From Eledone cirrhosa (lineage: Eukaryota), in the NCBI GenBank assembly GCA_964016885.1, contig OZ024740.1, forward strand, positions 351,106,001-351,170,000: a stretch of DNA of 64,000 nucleotides, given 5' to 3'. This document shows, piece by piece, positions 41,275 through 56,720 of this stretch. Both the position numbers and the translations under genes were made by a program. The notes below the pieces were generated by a model. The model made no database searches. It was not told where the DNA came from and saw only the letters and a list, made by a program, of their open reading frames with translations. Positions within the stretch are counted from its first letter, which is position 1. Each line of letters begins with the position of its first letter.

Positions 41275-41911
41275 CTCTCTTCCTGCTATATCAAGCGTTA
41301 ACCTAATATATCCCTTCCATATACTGTACCGATTGCGTTGTTATTTCTGTTTACCTTTTACATACATATATATATATATATAACTGCATGATTAGAATCT
41401 GAATTTTCCGCACTGGGCTATATTTTTGCGGTCATTCAGTCATATCTTTCGTCTAGTGCACTTGTTAATTCATTCATAAGGACTTGCTGTTAGTATTGTA
41501 ATTTTTGCTATTAGTATTCTAATTTTTACTGTTAGTATTCTAATTTTTGCTGTTAGTATTCTAATTTCTTGACATCTTGTCAGCTTGTAACTGAAGTCGT
41601 CATCGTAAAAATATCAACAACAATTGTAGCTACTTAATAAGATTTAATAAAGAAAATGAGTAAATTCAATTAGATTAGATGTAAAATTGACCATCTGCAG
41701 ATGCCTGGCATTTCTGTCTATTGAATTTCATCAGTTCAGATCCAGACAGCAGAATATTTGGGAATTAAAATGTTCATAAGTGATACGTTGGAAAGAAATG
41801 GTAGTTCTAGATGGGATGAAGATAAATGTAAAGAATGCTGAATTACTCAATAATTCGTCCATTTTTATTTTTATTTGATTTCTTTCCACGTATTTATCCG
41901 AGTATATACAT

Positions 41912-41999
<88 letters not shown>

Positions 42000-42438
42000 C
42001 TAATGATGGCTGCAACTCGATCTCGAGTAATGCCATTGCTTCATACGTAAGCATGAGCATCAAGGGCGTGGTTTCAATCCTGTTAGTGCCTTGTCTGTCG
42101 CCAATAATGACATGCATTGCAAAAAATGTAACATATCAAGTGATGCCTGTGCTTGAAGTCAGAAAAGGCCTATCACGGGGCCAACCCCACTTTCTGAACA
42201 TCGAATGCATTTACCCAAAAATTAGAACTGTTCTACACCATTGGAGGCAAACGAAGTCGCAGGTCGTATATCAGAGTGACCTCCCCTAGAGAGATGTCTT
42301 AATGAAGTCTAGGAGTCTTTCGCTGAGTTCCTCCGACCTTTGACGAGTTTCGTTATTCATCCCGCAATGTGTCCAAATTCACCCTCCTCACCAAGCGAGG
42401 TTGGTAGTTTAGTCACCGATGACCCGACCATGCACAGG

Positions 42439-42509
<71 letters not shown>

Positions 42510-42522
42510 GTATATATATATG

Positions 42523-42719
<197 letters not shown>

Positions 42720-43369
42720 AAAGAATAGAGGTGTAACACACGAGTTATTATATATTGGTAAACGGAATAGAAAATGCTGACAAATTGTTCACAATTGAAT
42801 AATAGTTTAATTAGGAATAAAAGAGAATTAGTAATTGTATGGGTTAGTATTCAGTTGTGGTTTTAAGTTTTTAAGTTTTTACCGGTTGCGCATTTCTAAA
42901 TGCTTTTCAAAAATAATTTTGAGATAGAGTGTCCGTGTTGTTTGCTCTGATCTGATTAGTTTAGGGAATTCTACCTGTGTTTATGTTAAAAAAGTGGCTC
43001 CAGCGCCACTTTGGTGTTGCAAAAATGTTTGTTGTCAAAACATTTTTGATTGGTCGGTAGAGGTCATGTGAATGTAAAAAATTGATTTTGCGCCAAGACT
43101 GTTTTTATGTTAAAAAAGTGACACCAGCGCTACTTGGTGTTGCAAAAATTCTTGTGGTCAAAACAATTTTGATTGGTCGGTAGAGGTCATGTGAATGTAA
43201 AAAATTGATTTTGCGCCAAGACTGAGAAATGACTCTTTCACAGCAAATATGTGTGTGTGTGTGTGTGTGTGTGTAGTAGTAGTAGTAAAGTGTTCGATGT
43301 TGTGATAATGGTTAGCAGGGATGTGTGTGCAAACCGCAGCCTGTTGACAGTTCAAATGGCTATTAAAAT

Positions 43370-43420
<51 letters not shown>

Positions 43421-43533
43421 GCAGAGTGATTCGTGGTAGCGGGATGGTCAGTAGGAATGTGTCTGTAAGCAGTGGGGGGTATTTTAGCATATCAAAAGAT
43501 ATTTTTCAGCTTTTGCCTTATACGGAGAAGCGT

Positions 43534-43573
<40 letters not shown>

Positions 43574-43809
43574 CTCTTTGTATGTTAATGTACGCGTGTG
43601 TATGTGTGTGTGTGTATATATGTGTGTGTGTGTGTGTGTGAGAATGTGTGCGTGTGTGGGTGGACCAGTATTTTTTTCCCCTGGTAAAATGGTGCACATT
43701 ATTCGATATTTTCAGTAAAATCGGTTCTCTTAATAGAACATCAAACATCTTAACAATAAAAGGTGTGAAATGATATTCACTATATATATATATATATATA
43801 TACATATAT

Positions 43810-43849
<40 letters not shown>

Positions 43850-44153
43850 TTTTTTTGTGTTGCACCATAGAGCATGTGTGTTTACGTATGTCATTGTGTT
43901 TATATGTGGGTAGAGATGTGTGCTGATGTAGGTATGTATGTTGACGTGTGTATGTTGTGGGTTCGTCTTAGGGAGAAGTGTTTAGACGGGGTCCGTAATT
44001 ATTAATAAAGTAAGATTCCTTGCTGATGCGCTGGGTATGGGTGGCATTATCTTTAAATTTGTAGAGGGGAAAGATTCTGAAGTTGGGATGATTTGGGGCG
44101 GCACAGGTATCAATGTGTTCACTCAGTGGTATTTTCCTGTATTCCCGTATTTT

Positions 44154-45378
44154 GCTGGTCGACAAACTTGACTCCACAAATAAGGAAACCGCCACCGGAT
44201 ACAAACCCTCCGAAATCGGCGACAAACTCCAAAACCTTTGCGATACTATCCAAACTATGTTCACTACTACCAACCCAGGAAAAACCAACGAAGAACCATG
44301 TGAGATTGATTCATACAAAATGAAAATTCGAACAATTCCAAAATGGAACAAATGCCTCAGAGACAGAAAGTTCTCATTCTGGAAGATGATACAAAATCAC
44401 AACAAAGCGGAGATATATGAAAAATGGCTTAACTCAACCCCTCTAACTCTCCCCCGTAAACTACAAATAAAGTCCATTCCAAATCAACCCGAACCTCAAA
44501 GACACCTTAGGGAAAGAATGGCATTGGAAAAAATGAAGACAGAAATTGAACTTCTTAAATTGAGGGCCCAGACAAAAGAGGAAAAAATCAAAACCACCGA
44601 TGAAGAGATCCTCCTGGAAATCAACAATAAAACTGAAGGCCCCAAGGTAGAGAAGATCTCCAAATTATGGAAAGGGGACTGCAACAGAGAAGAACTGAAA
44701 TCCCTTCAACGCTGGGAAAATAGTGCCGCTTGGTTTCTAAACTATGAATCGACTTTTCAAACGGATTACACCTCCAATAACCCGTTCATAAAAATAGGAA
44801 AACCCATAACTGAACCGCACAACAACTTCTCAAACCCCCAAGCTACTAACAAACGAAGAAGGAAGCACCACACCGAAGTTGAACTTCCCAACCTCGCTAC
44901 CATAAGAAGGAACAAAAACCCAAGAAATCATCTCCCCCAGAATGACATTTACAACTTTCCCCCTTCAATGAGACACCATACCAAATCACTCAACTACTAC
45001 GCGGATGCCTCATCGTCAAACATAGGGAAAAGATACCACAACCATGATAGATGTAACAACTTCCCCGCTTCAAGGGGACAGCAAGATCATTACCATTTTC
45101 TCAACTCTCGCTTCCACAATACACAACAAACCCACATCACACGATACAACCAACAACGTAGGCCACTTATAACACCACAATACAACATGGCACATAGAAA
45201 CACACACTCATACTCGCAGTACAGGAACACCCCATTCAATCTACAACCACCAACCCGAACCACATTTTACAACAACAAGGAATATAACAAACACAGGAGA
45301 CCACTTAACATCGGCAGACAACCCCTCTACCCCAACCATATTTTAGACACAGCACACAGATACAGGCAAACAAAATAA
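44154..45378 (+). CDS. PLE ORF1 (coiled-coil-like), 5'-truncated; the first residues of the tracked ORF derive from the inverted arm
   Basis: ~400 open codons; ERMALEKMKTEIELLKLRAQ heptad-like stretch; homology to 7430..8182. Confidence 0.8.
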
Positions 45379-47660
45379 CACAAGACAGGGAGGAGAAACC
45401 GATAGTAATAAAAATTATCAATCTTACAAGTGCAGAACCAACACCCAACCTTATCAAATTACTTTCCAAAGGTCTTAAATTCACACCGACCCCACTACGT
45501 CCTAACTACTATGAAATGAAGGAAGACATCACAGACTTCTGTAGAAAGTTACGACTTAGTGAACAACTATTCGACCAGTACAATGAGGATGAATCATTAG
45601 CCAGAAATAGAAGCAATTACACCCCTTCAAAAGGTAGAAATAAAATCCTTGACGAATTCTGTGAACACATCACAAACTTCCCTTACCAACACTTGCACAG
45701 ACAAAAACACAAGCCAAACCTCAACAAGAAAGAATGGGAAGAATTAAATAGATTAAAAACCGACAGAACCATTACAATTAAAGAGGCTGATAAAGGAAGT
45801 ACAGTAGTCCTAATGGAGACAGAATTCTATATCAACTTAGCGCTCACCACTTTGGAAAACGAAACATACTACGAAAATGCTGAACATTACAATCAACAGA
45901 AAAGTATGAGAAACCTAATAACTCTAATCAACTAATACAAAGAAGGACTCACTAACAAGAATTCAGCTTCATCACAGACTTCACAAGTAAATCCAGCCTT
46001 TTCTACGGTATCCCTAAAGTACATAAAAGCGAATTAATAAGTAAGGCATGCAAGGAAGCCACAGACATAGTCATCAATGTCCCCTCACCCAATGATCTCA
46101 AATTAAGACCTATAATAGCAGGCCCCGCTTGCGAAACCCACCGCCTTAGCAACTTCATTGATACCCTTCTCAAGCCCTTTCTCAAACACATCAAAAGCTA
46201 TATAAGTGACGACCTAGATATGCTCAATCACCTCCCTAATATGCCACTTTCTGAACAAACCCTACTAGTGACGTTCGATGTAGTCAACCTATACTCCAAC
46301 ATCCCCCACAACCTAGGAATAGAAGCTATCCAATTCTGGCTGGATAATTACCACAATGAACTCCCACAACGCATCAAAAAAGAATTCGTGATAGAGGGAC
46401 TCAAATTTATCTTGGAGAACAATTACTTCGTTTTCAATAACAAACCCTACAGGTAGAAATCTGGGACCGCTATGGGAACGAAAACAGCCCCCACTTATGC
46501 CAACCTAGTCATGGGATACCTGGAAATCACCCTCTACACTAAAGTCCTAAACAAATTTGGAAACACTCTCCACTTACACATTGAAAGGAATTCGAAGCGA
46601 TATCTAGATGACTGCTTCATCCTTTGGCACGAAAACATCGAAAAACTTAAAGAATTTCACACCCTTATAAATGGGCTCAACACGAATATTAACTTCACGA
46701 TGGAATACAGCCATCAACAACTCCCCTTCCTCGACATCCTCATTAAGATCCATAACAAAAAAATAGAAACAGACATATACTACAAGCCCACAGACTCCAA
46801 GCAATATCTTCCTTTCAACTCTTGCCATCCTAGACACGTTAAAATTAATATTCCCTACAACTTAGCCAAGAGAATATGTACTATAGTCTCCAATAAAAAC
46901 ACCTGCTACTTACGGCTACAAGAACTAAAGGACACACTCATAGGCAGGGACTACCCTGCATCACTAATTGACAATGGAATCCAACGTGCCCTAAAACTCA
47001 GTACCCAGGACCTTAGTCACCCTAAAGTAAATCAACCGAAACTAAAAGCTCTTCCATACATCTCCACACACAACCCCCTCAACAATGAGGCCTTTGACAC
47101 CATCCTCCAGAACATCCCTGTGTTGAAAAAGGACCATAGAATGAACCAAATCCTACGAACACACGATATCATAAAGAGCAAAAGACAATCCAAGTCAATG
47201 AAACATCCTAACACATGCCAAAGTACTACCAACCACAACAACGAAACCCACAGTAAAAAATTGCGATAGACCCAACTGTGGCATTTGCATCAACCTAATA
47301 GGGGTTCGGAATTCTATTTCAAAGAAGGACGACGTTTTATAGTAAAACACAATTTCACATGTGCATCGGAAAATCTAATATATGTATTAACTTGCTCAGG
47401 TTGTCGAGAACAATACATAGGCCAGACCAAAAACAGCCTCCGCCAACGCATGACTGTCCATAGATCCCAAATTAAAATACGGGAATACAGGAAAATACCA
47501 CTGAGTGAACACATTGATACCTGTGCCGCCCCAAATCATCCCAACTTCAGAATCTTTCCCCTCTACAAATTTAAAGATAATGCCACCCACACCCAGCGCA
47601 TCAGCAAGGAATTTTACTTTATTAATAAATAAGGACCCCGTCTAAACACTTCTCCCTAAG
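45339..47660 (+). pseudogene. Neptune-like RT + GIY-YIG ORF with several stops and frameshifts
   Basis: IINLT..LSKGLKFTPTP, ADKG, TFDVVNLYSNIP, MGTK, RYLDD, YKPTD, LIYVLTCSGCREQYIGQT; collinear with 5184..7460. Confidence 0.92.
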
Positions 47661-47777
47661 ACGAACCCACAACATACACACGTCAACATACATACCTACA
47701 CCAGCACACATCTCTACCCACATATAAACACAATGACATACGTAAACACACATGCTCTATGGTGCAACACAAAAAAA

Positions 47778-47855
<78 letters not shown>

Positions 47856-48234
47856 ATATATGTGTATGTATATATATATAGTGAATATCATTTCACACCT
47901 TTTATTGTTAAGATTTTTGATGTTCTATTAAGAGAACCGATTTTACTGAAAATATCGAATAATGTACACCATTTTACCAGGGGAAAAAAATACTGGTCCA
48001 CCCACACACGCACACACACACATTCTCACACACACACACACATATATATATACACACGCACATATACACACGCGTACTTTAACATACAAAGAGACTTATA
48101 CACACATACACACAAACACACACACTTCTCCGTATAAGACAAAAGCTGAAAAATATCTTTTGACATGCTAAAATACCCCCCACTGCTTACAGACACATTC
48201 CTACTGACCATCCCGCTACCACGAATCACTCTGC

Positions 48235-48337
<103 letters not shown>

Positions 48338-48427
48338 ATTTTAATAGCCATTTGAACTGTCAACAGGCTGCGGTTCGCACACACATCCCTGCTAACCATT
48401 ATCACAACATCGAACACTTTACTACTG

Positions 48428-48473
<46 letters not shown>

Positions 48474-48681
48474 TTGTTGTGAAAGAGTCATTTCTCAGTC
48501 TTGGCGCAAAATCATTTTTTTACATTCACATGACCTCTACCGACCAATCAAAGTTGTTTTGACCACAAGAATTTTTGCAACACCAAAGTAGCGCTGGAGC
48601 CACTTTTTAACATAAAAACAGGTAGAATTCCCAAAAGTAATCAGATCAGAGCAAACAACACGGACACTCTATCTCAAAATT

Positions 48682-48720
48682 ATTTTTGAAAAGCATTTAG
48701 AAATGCGCAACCGGTAAAAA
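48682..48720 (+). ncRNA. Hammerhead-like motif, U3-A8 core with GCAA in place of GAAA (mirror copy ~42877-42915 -)
   Basis: TTT TTGAAAA GCATT TAGA AATGC GCAA CCGG TA AAA at the PLE 3' end. Confidence 0.5.
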
Positions 48721-48837
48721 CTTAAAAACTTAAAACCACAACTGAATACTAACCCATACAATTACTAATACTCTTTTATTCCTAATTAAACTATTTTTCA
48801 ACTGTGAACAATTTGTCAGCATTTTCTATTCCCTTTA

Positions 48838-48884
<47 letters not shown>

Positions 48885-48885
<1 letters not shown>

Positions 48886-49565
48886 ACTTTGATAGGTTTC
48901 AGCCAGTATTGGCCCAGGCCATGTCTAACTTAATAGCACCACCTGGTGAACTCTCAGAAATCAGGGTTTGGTCGCCATTGCCCACTCGAGCAAAGAGTTA
49001 TTGTTTATGGAGGCATATCCGGGTGTAGGAGGCTTATCCGGGATTTTTTGAAGGAATTTGTCCAAAGACTTCTTGAACTTGGTTGGGTTTGTTTCTGTTT
49101 TGATGTGTTTTGGTGTAATGTTAAAGAGAGCAGGGCCAATTGAGGTTAAATAATTGTGCCGTATTGCTGTTATGAGATGCGAGTGAGATTTTTGTCGTGG
49201 GCGGATAGCACGGAGCCTAAGCCTTGGGTGTACATTAAAGGTGATGCCAACATCATTTGGGCAAAGCTGATGGAATATTTTCAACATCATGCAGATAATG
49301 TAGCGCTCACAGCGACGTTGGAGAGAATAAAGGTTGAGTTTTTCTAATCGACTCCAATAGTCAAGGCCTGTCATGCCATCTATATTTTTTGTAATCGATC
49401 TTTGGAGTGCCTCAACTTTCATGATACTTTGTTTCGTGTGGGGTGACCACAGTGGACAACAGTATTCAAGGTGGGGTCGGGCAAAAGTGGGGAAGAGAAG
49501 GATAACAGTGTGGATATCTCTCGACTGGAAGGTTCTGAGAATATAGGAACACATTCTGCGGGCCA
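48885..49565 (-). mobile_element. CR1/L2-group LINE 3' fragment
   Basis: ILRTF..R, RPHLEYCCPLWSPH, DYWSRLEKLNLYSLQRR.ERY, FKKSLDKFL..IPD.P. Confidence 0.85.
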
Positions 49566-49582
49566 TATATATATATATATAT

Positions 49583-49992
49583 ATATTGTTATACTTGGGG
49601 AGGCTCATATTTGTGTAATAATATTGCCAGAATTAATAACAGAACACATTCACTGTTTGGTTGGTTTTCGCTTCTGTGTCTTTTATATCGGTTAATTTAA
49701 TTTTTTCGGTCCTCAATGTTACCATTGACTGGGAGCAAACATAATAGCACCACTGACGATGTTGCAGATGTGCAACGAAAGAACTTTGATAGACTATATA
49801 TACGTGTTTGTGTCTATATTATATCTGTATTTTTTACCGTTGGTCAGTCAGTGGTAACATTGAGGACCGAATAAATTAAATTAACCGATATAAAAGACAC
49901 AGAAGCGAAAACAAACCAACCAGTGAGTGTGTTCTGTTATTAATTCTGGCAATATTATTACACAAATATGACCCTCCCCAAGTATAACAATA
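49583..49992. repeat. Inverted repeat (~150 bp arms) with a hammerhead-like motif in the spacer
   Basis: Arms ~49583-49731 and ~49845-49992; CTGACGA T GTTGCA GATG TGCAAC GAAA GAAC TT at 49753-49786. Confidence 0.7.
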
Positions 49993-50047
49993 TTTGTTTC
50001 GACACACGATTTCATATCAAAAACCTCGCAAAACTAAGTCATCGCCG

Positions 50048-50097
<50 letters not shown>

Positions 50098-50122
50098 GTA
50101 TATATAAATATAAAATATATAT

Positions 50123-50173
<51 letters not shown>

Positions 50174-50188
50174 GTGTGTGTGTGTGTA

Positions 50189-50288
<100 letters not shown>

Positions 50289-50289
50289 C

Positions 50290-50328
<39 letters not shown>

Positions 50329-50971
50329 AAATTATAAGTTTCAAGAACAGTCAGACAAAATATATCCAGTTTTTGTCCTCCTTAGTCCGTAGAAACTAAC
50401 TAGATAAATAATCATTTAAACGGAGCTAAGTTTAATATGTAAGTTTGAAGAAAAAATGCATATAAACTTTAACAAAGTTCTTCTAGTCCCGACTATGGAT
50501 AGTTTCGCTCGTACTTTGTGGATATGTCCAATCCTGGTATTATCCATGAGGTTTAGAGTTTTCAAGATACTCCCTCAGTTAGGACTAAAATTTCTAAAGT
50601 GATCGCCGCCAGAAATGAATTCAAAAGGGGTGAAAAACATCACGTGGCCAGTGGTCAAAGTAGAAGGGTTGTGAAGGTTTGCCGTATGGTGAGTAGGTTC
50701 ATTGCTAGAAGTACCAGTTAGTTACCACCTAAGGTTTACTCAATATATATATATTTATATATATATATATTGTTTTTTCCAGCCTCCCATCTCTGAGCTT
50801 TCCCCTTTCCCGATGATGGACTAACGTCCAATACGTTGCAACATTATAATGAAGATAAATAATTATTTATCTTCATTCCCAAACTTGAAAATAATACGAC
50901 TTGTGTTTTTGCATCTCTATGTTCGTCTTGTTATTCTTGAACTAAATATAATGTACACACACACACACACA

Positions 50972-51106
<135 letters not shown>

Positions 51107-51272
51107 GCTTCTACAGGACTAGAACTATTTCATTCGGGAGAAATCATTGTGGTTTCTCCCGAATGAAACAGTTCTAATCCTGTAGAAGCCATTTCTATAT
51201 TAAATATTTATACTCTGCTACTTATTGAGTACCTTACTTACTGTGGCTATCCCCGATTGAACCAGGGACAAA

Positions 51273-51313
<41 letters not shown>

Positions 51314-51359
51314 TATATATATATATATATATATATATACAGTATATATATATATATAT

Positions 51360-51802
51360 ACTAGACCTGAAAATGCGCAAGCTCAAAAGAGCCACAGAAT
51401 GTTATAATAAACCTTCAAAAGTGTGGGACTAGAGTTGTTGCTCAAAAATATTCTAATCATTATCTATCGTACAATCTGTGGCATCCTTTTATAAAAAAGA
51501 GACTCATAACGAACTCAAGACGACACGATAATTATTTAAGCTAATGTTCAATATCTCATATTAGATGTTTAGTAATGATTAATACGAAATGCACTTAAAC
51601 CGAATTCTATATTATAAATTCACTTAAATAATTATCGTGTCGTCTTGAGTTCGTTATGAATCTCTTTTTCATAAAAGGATGCCACAGATTGTACGATAGA
51701 TAATGATTACAATATTTTTTAGCAATAACTCTAGTCCCACACGTTTGAAGGTTTATTATAACATTCTGTGGCTCTTTTGAGCTTGCGCATTTTCAGGTCT
51801 AG
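51360..51802. repeat. Inverted repeat, ~180 bp arms and ~80 bp spacer
   Basis: 51360-51541 is the reverse complement of ~51623-51802. Confidence 0.9.
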
Positions 51803-52341
51803 TTTAATATTTTTTAAGGCAACGCTTGTAATAACTCTAGTTAAACATGATATATATTAATAATAATTATCGTTGTAATATAATTAGATTATATAATTGT
51901 TATTTTATAAATGATCTTATAAATATTATTATAAGATGTATAAAAATATTTTCAGACTTTTAATAGTTAATATAAATTTAAAAAATCATATATAAATTAA
52001 CAATATAACTTACGAAAACGAGAAAAATATGTTGATGATAAACGACGAAATACTGGAGGAAGATTCGAAAGCGAAACTATAAATAAACGTGCAAACAAAG
52101 TGACGGATGCTTTTCAGCATCAATTACTCTCGCTGGTTGATTAGCCAATAAGACGATGAAATTAGCCAATAAGACGATACATTACAAAAGATGTTTGGGA
52201 GCACGACCAGCGATACCCCTTCAATTTGTTATTCACAAGACATGTCAGACACGCAAACTTAAAACATTCTGTTGTTAGTCACTGCGTGTCTAACAGATAA
52301 TAAAAAAAACCAACCTCACAGTGCTTCGCACTAACAATACA

Positions 52342-52399
<58 letters not shown>

Positions 52400-52889
52400 T
52401 TATTTTACTATGTATATATGTGTGTGTGTGTGTGTGTGTGTATGCGTGTGTGTGTGTGTGTGTGTATCTGTGTCTGTGTGTGCGGTTTTGTGTGCTTTTG
52501 TGCCAACTTGTTTAGAAATATTTCTCTGTTGAACATGATGAGATTATGAATATAGAACAGTTTAAATTTTTATTTATCATTAAACATTTTTTCCATTTCA
52601 TTAGTTATTGTTCATGTTTTGTTTGGAACAATAAATTTCCCAGGTCTAATTACGCTATACGAGACAGTTGACATTACCGGGTTTTGTTTTTTTTTCATCG
52701 TATTTAAAGATCATTATGAATTGCATTCCGTGATTCTCACCTACTAACAGCTATTCACATAGAATATAAAACCATGCAAGTCTTATAACAGATGGAACTA
52801 TAAAAAACAAATAAACGTGTAAGAATAGGTGTATAATTGTTGATTCAATAACGCATACTCATACATATATATGCGTATGTATATATATA

Positions 52890-52951
<62 letters not shown>

Positions 52952-53239
52952 GTGTGTGTGTGTGTGTGTGCGTGTGTGTGTGTGTCTGATGGTAGCTAAG
53001 ATGCTTCCATAGGCAGTATGCCGATTGAGCACTCTATGGTCTTACGGAACAGAGTATGATAGAATAGAAAACGAAAAATCAGTGATGCATCTTAACTCAA
53101 TTTATTGTGTGTTACAATTGTTTCCCCGGCGGATATATATATATATATATATACAAATATATATATACACATATATATATATATGTATGTATATATAGAT
53201 ATATATATATATGAATATACATATATATATATATATATA

Positions 53240-53530
53240 GTAATTGTTTCTACTTTAGGCACAAGGCCAGCAATGATCCAGTTCATTACTGGCACTTTAT
53301 TTTATATATTTTTTGGAACGATCGACTTTCGTCAAATCGGACCGAGGAAACAATGTTTCCGTTGGTCTTTCCAATTGCTAATACTATCTATCGGTCGCAA
53401 CTCCAGGTAGAAGGAGCAACATGAAATAAAGTGTCTTGCTCAAGGACATAACGCATCGCCTGGTCCAGGAATCGAACTCACAACCTCACGATTGCGAATC
53501 CAATTCTCTAACCACTCAGCCACACGCCTT
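53240..53530 (-). mobile_element. tRNA-derived SINE, second head type
   Basis: Reverse complement reads GGCGTGTGGCTGAGTGGTTAGAG...GAGTTCGATTCC...GTCCTTGAGCAAGACAC; tail shared with the other SINE. Confidence 0.8.
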
Positions 53531-54379
53531 CACTTTTATATATATATATATAGTAATAATAATAAATTTGAAGACTAAAATCCAAAGAGGGCTCGATAAG
53601 GATAAATATATATCAAATATATAAGAACCGTAGGTATAGCAGAAGTCGTAGACCAAATTCTAACTAGGAGACCGAATGAATCTCCGCTTCAGAGTTAAGA
53701 ACAAAGTAAATAAATACAATACAGAGTAATAGAAATAAATAAATACATACACACAAACAAATATGTACATACACAAGCATACGCGAAAACACTTACCATA
53801 GGTATACAAAACCACGCACATATAAATATGTGTGTGTGTGTATGCGTGTATACAAATAAATAAATAAATAATTAAATAAACGTATATAACAAGCGCACAC
53901 ACATACCTACTTTGTTCTCAACTCTGAAGCGGAGATTCATTCGGTCTCCCAGTTAGAATTTGGTCTACGACTTCTGCTATACCATTTACGCGGTTTTGTC
54001 TTTGCGTGCAATTGTTCTCCACGCTCCACATATGACTTATTATCTTCCTTTTTTTCGTTCATTGCCAGAGAACGTCTCTATGAACCACCTAAGAGAACAT
54101 TAGTCTACGACCTCTTTTATACGAAAAACGTGTTTCTGTCTTTGCGCGTAATTATTTTTCACCGCTCCTATTAATGACGTATTATATTCGTTTTTTCCCG
54201 TTCTTTGCCAGCGAACGTTTCCACGAACTAAAGTATCGTCTTGCTGTCTTCCTCCGGTGGCAACGTTTTTTGAAATATCCACTTCTGCGTTTACAGATTG
54301 ACTTTGTTAGTTTCAGAAGATCCCGTTAAGGGTGAAAGCAGCGATTCTTTGCTGAGACTTTAATCTGTTATTTTAATAA

Positions 54380-54482
<103 letters not shown>

Positions 54483-54646
54483 AACAAAAGATGGTTAAAA
54501 GAGTTCCATGTATTTTATTATGCGCATTTCAAAAACAAATATCATCATGCAATAATATTTGTGTTTTCATCAGATAAAACAGGAAGACATGATATGAAGG
54601 TTAAAAAACACTTGTGGATAGTGCAGTTTTAAATCAAAATAAACTG

Positions 54647-54758
<112 letters not shown>

Positions 54759-55174
54759 AAATATATATATATATATACTCTTTTACTCTTTTACCTGTTT
54801 CAGCCATCCGGCTGAGGCCATGCTGGGGCACCGCCCTCATATATATATATATATATAAAAATACAAATAAATAATCGAGAATCGAAATCTCAGCCCACGA
54901 AATCACGAAACACAATCTTCGAAATGTGTGGCAGAGGGCTCAATAGTTTGGGTAAACCAGAGCTATAACTATCGTTAAAATACCAACACATAGAGACAAT
55001 GCTTAAAATCATTCGCACAGCCGAAAAAACGACAAGGAAAATTCGGGTCACACAAATAATAAATTAATAAATATATATATATATATATATATATTAATAA
55101 ATATATATATATATATATTAAAATATATATATATTAAAATATATATATATATTAATATATATATATATATATTA

Positions 55175-55269
<95 letters not shown>

Positions 55270-55741
55270 TAACAGATTAAAGTTTAAGCCAAGAATAGCT
55301 GCTTTCACCCTTAACGGGATCTTCTGAAACTAACAAAGTCAATCTGTGAACGCAGAAGTGAATATTTAAACAAACGTTGCAACCGGAGGAAGACAGGAAG
55401 ACGATACTTTGGTTCGTGGAAACGTTCCCTGGCAAAGAACGGGAAAAAACGAATATAATACGTCATTATTTGGAGCGGTGAAAAACAATTACACGCAAAA
55501 ACAAAACCACGTTTATGGTATAAAAGAAGTCGTTGACTAATATTCTCTTAGGTGGTTCATAGAGACGTTCTCTGGCAATGAACGGAAAAAACGAAGATAA
55601 TACGTCATATGTGGAGCGTGGAGATTAATTGCACGCAAAGACAAAACCACGTAAATGGTATAACGGAAGTCGTAGACTAAAATTCTAACTAGGAAACCGA
55701 ATGATTCTCGGCTTCAGAGTTAAGAATAAAGTAAATAAAAT

Positions 55742-56720
55742 AGCTTTAAAGTCTTCAACCTCTCTATACAGGTTGAGGCCAACCTCTCGGTCGGTAATTA
55801 CCTCGACGTTACAATCAATTTATCGAATGGCCTGTATTACCCGTATAGAAAGCCGAATGATACGCTTAATTACATAAGTAAGCATTCTAACCATCCTGCC
55901 AGCATAACCAAGAACCTGGAAAGAAACGTTTCTTTGAGGCTTTCCCGTCTATCTACTAACGAGCACATTTTCAACGACCATTCCACATATTACAATGAAG
56001 CTCTTGATCGGAGTGGATTTGTCGATAAGGTAGCATATACAGTGTACGGGAATAGACCTAGAAGAAATAGATCCCGACGCATTATATGGTATAACCCACC
56101 ATATAATATGGAGGTGGCCACACCATTAGCTAAGATCTTTCTATCCCTTATTACGAAGCATTTTCCCCCTACACATAAATATAATAAAATTTTTAATAGA
56201 AAAAACTATTAAAATTTCTTACTCTACGACTCCTAACCTTGCACATAACATCACAGCTTCAAATTTAGCTAAACTCCCTAGCCGTAGGAACACGTGCAAC
56301 CCTGTAGTTAGTACTAACTGTAATTGTAGGAATCGGGTTGATTGCCCTCTATCCGGGAAATGCCTCTCTAGTAACATTGTCTACAAATGCAAGGTTGAAA
56401 CACCCACGTCCCATAGGGCCTAAATAGGGTTAACCACTAATAGATTCAAGCAGCGTCTTTACATGCATACCCATTCTTTTCGTTACCCTCTAAGAAGGAA
56501 TATGACGTCACTTTCAGCTTATATCTGGAGTCTAAAAGACAACCACACCCAATATAAGTTACACTGGGAGATCCTAGCTAGAGCTAGATCGTATAACGGA
56601 AATAGAAGACCATGTGACCTCTGCGCCGCTGAGGCCCTGGAAATACTCTACGCCACAGACCACATCTTAAACAAAAAATCTGATCCAATTTCGGCTTGTA
56701 AATATAAATTGCAAAAAACT
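55742..56720 (+). pseudogene. Naiad-like PLE, 5'-truncated RT C-terminus + GIY-YIG, flanked by inverted pLTR copies
   Basis: NYLDVT, PYRKPND, SNHP, RRIIWYNPPYN, CNCRNRVDCPLSGKC, IVYKC, SLSAYIWSLK, CDLCAAE. Confidence 0.88.

Noticed and set aside
42270-42440. Possible Gypsy polypurine tract and integrase end on the minus strand
   Set aside because: Too short and degenerate, and no paired LTR found
50810-50840. CCGATGA T GGAC TAAC GTCC AATAC hammerhead-like motif (similar decayed motif at ~17388-17440)
   Set aside because: GAAA core is mutated; likely dead copies
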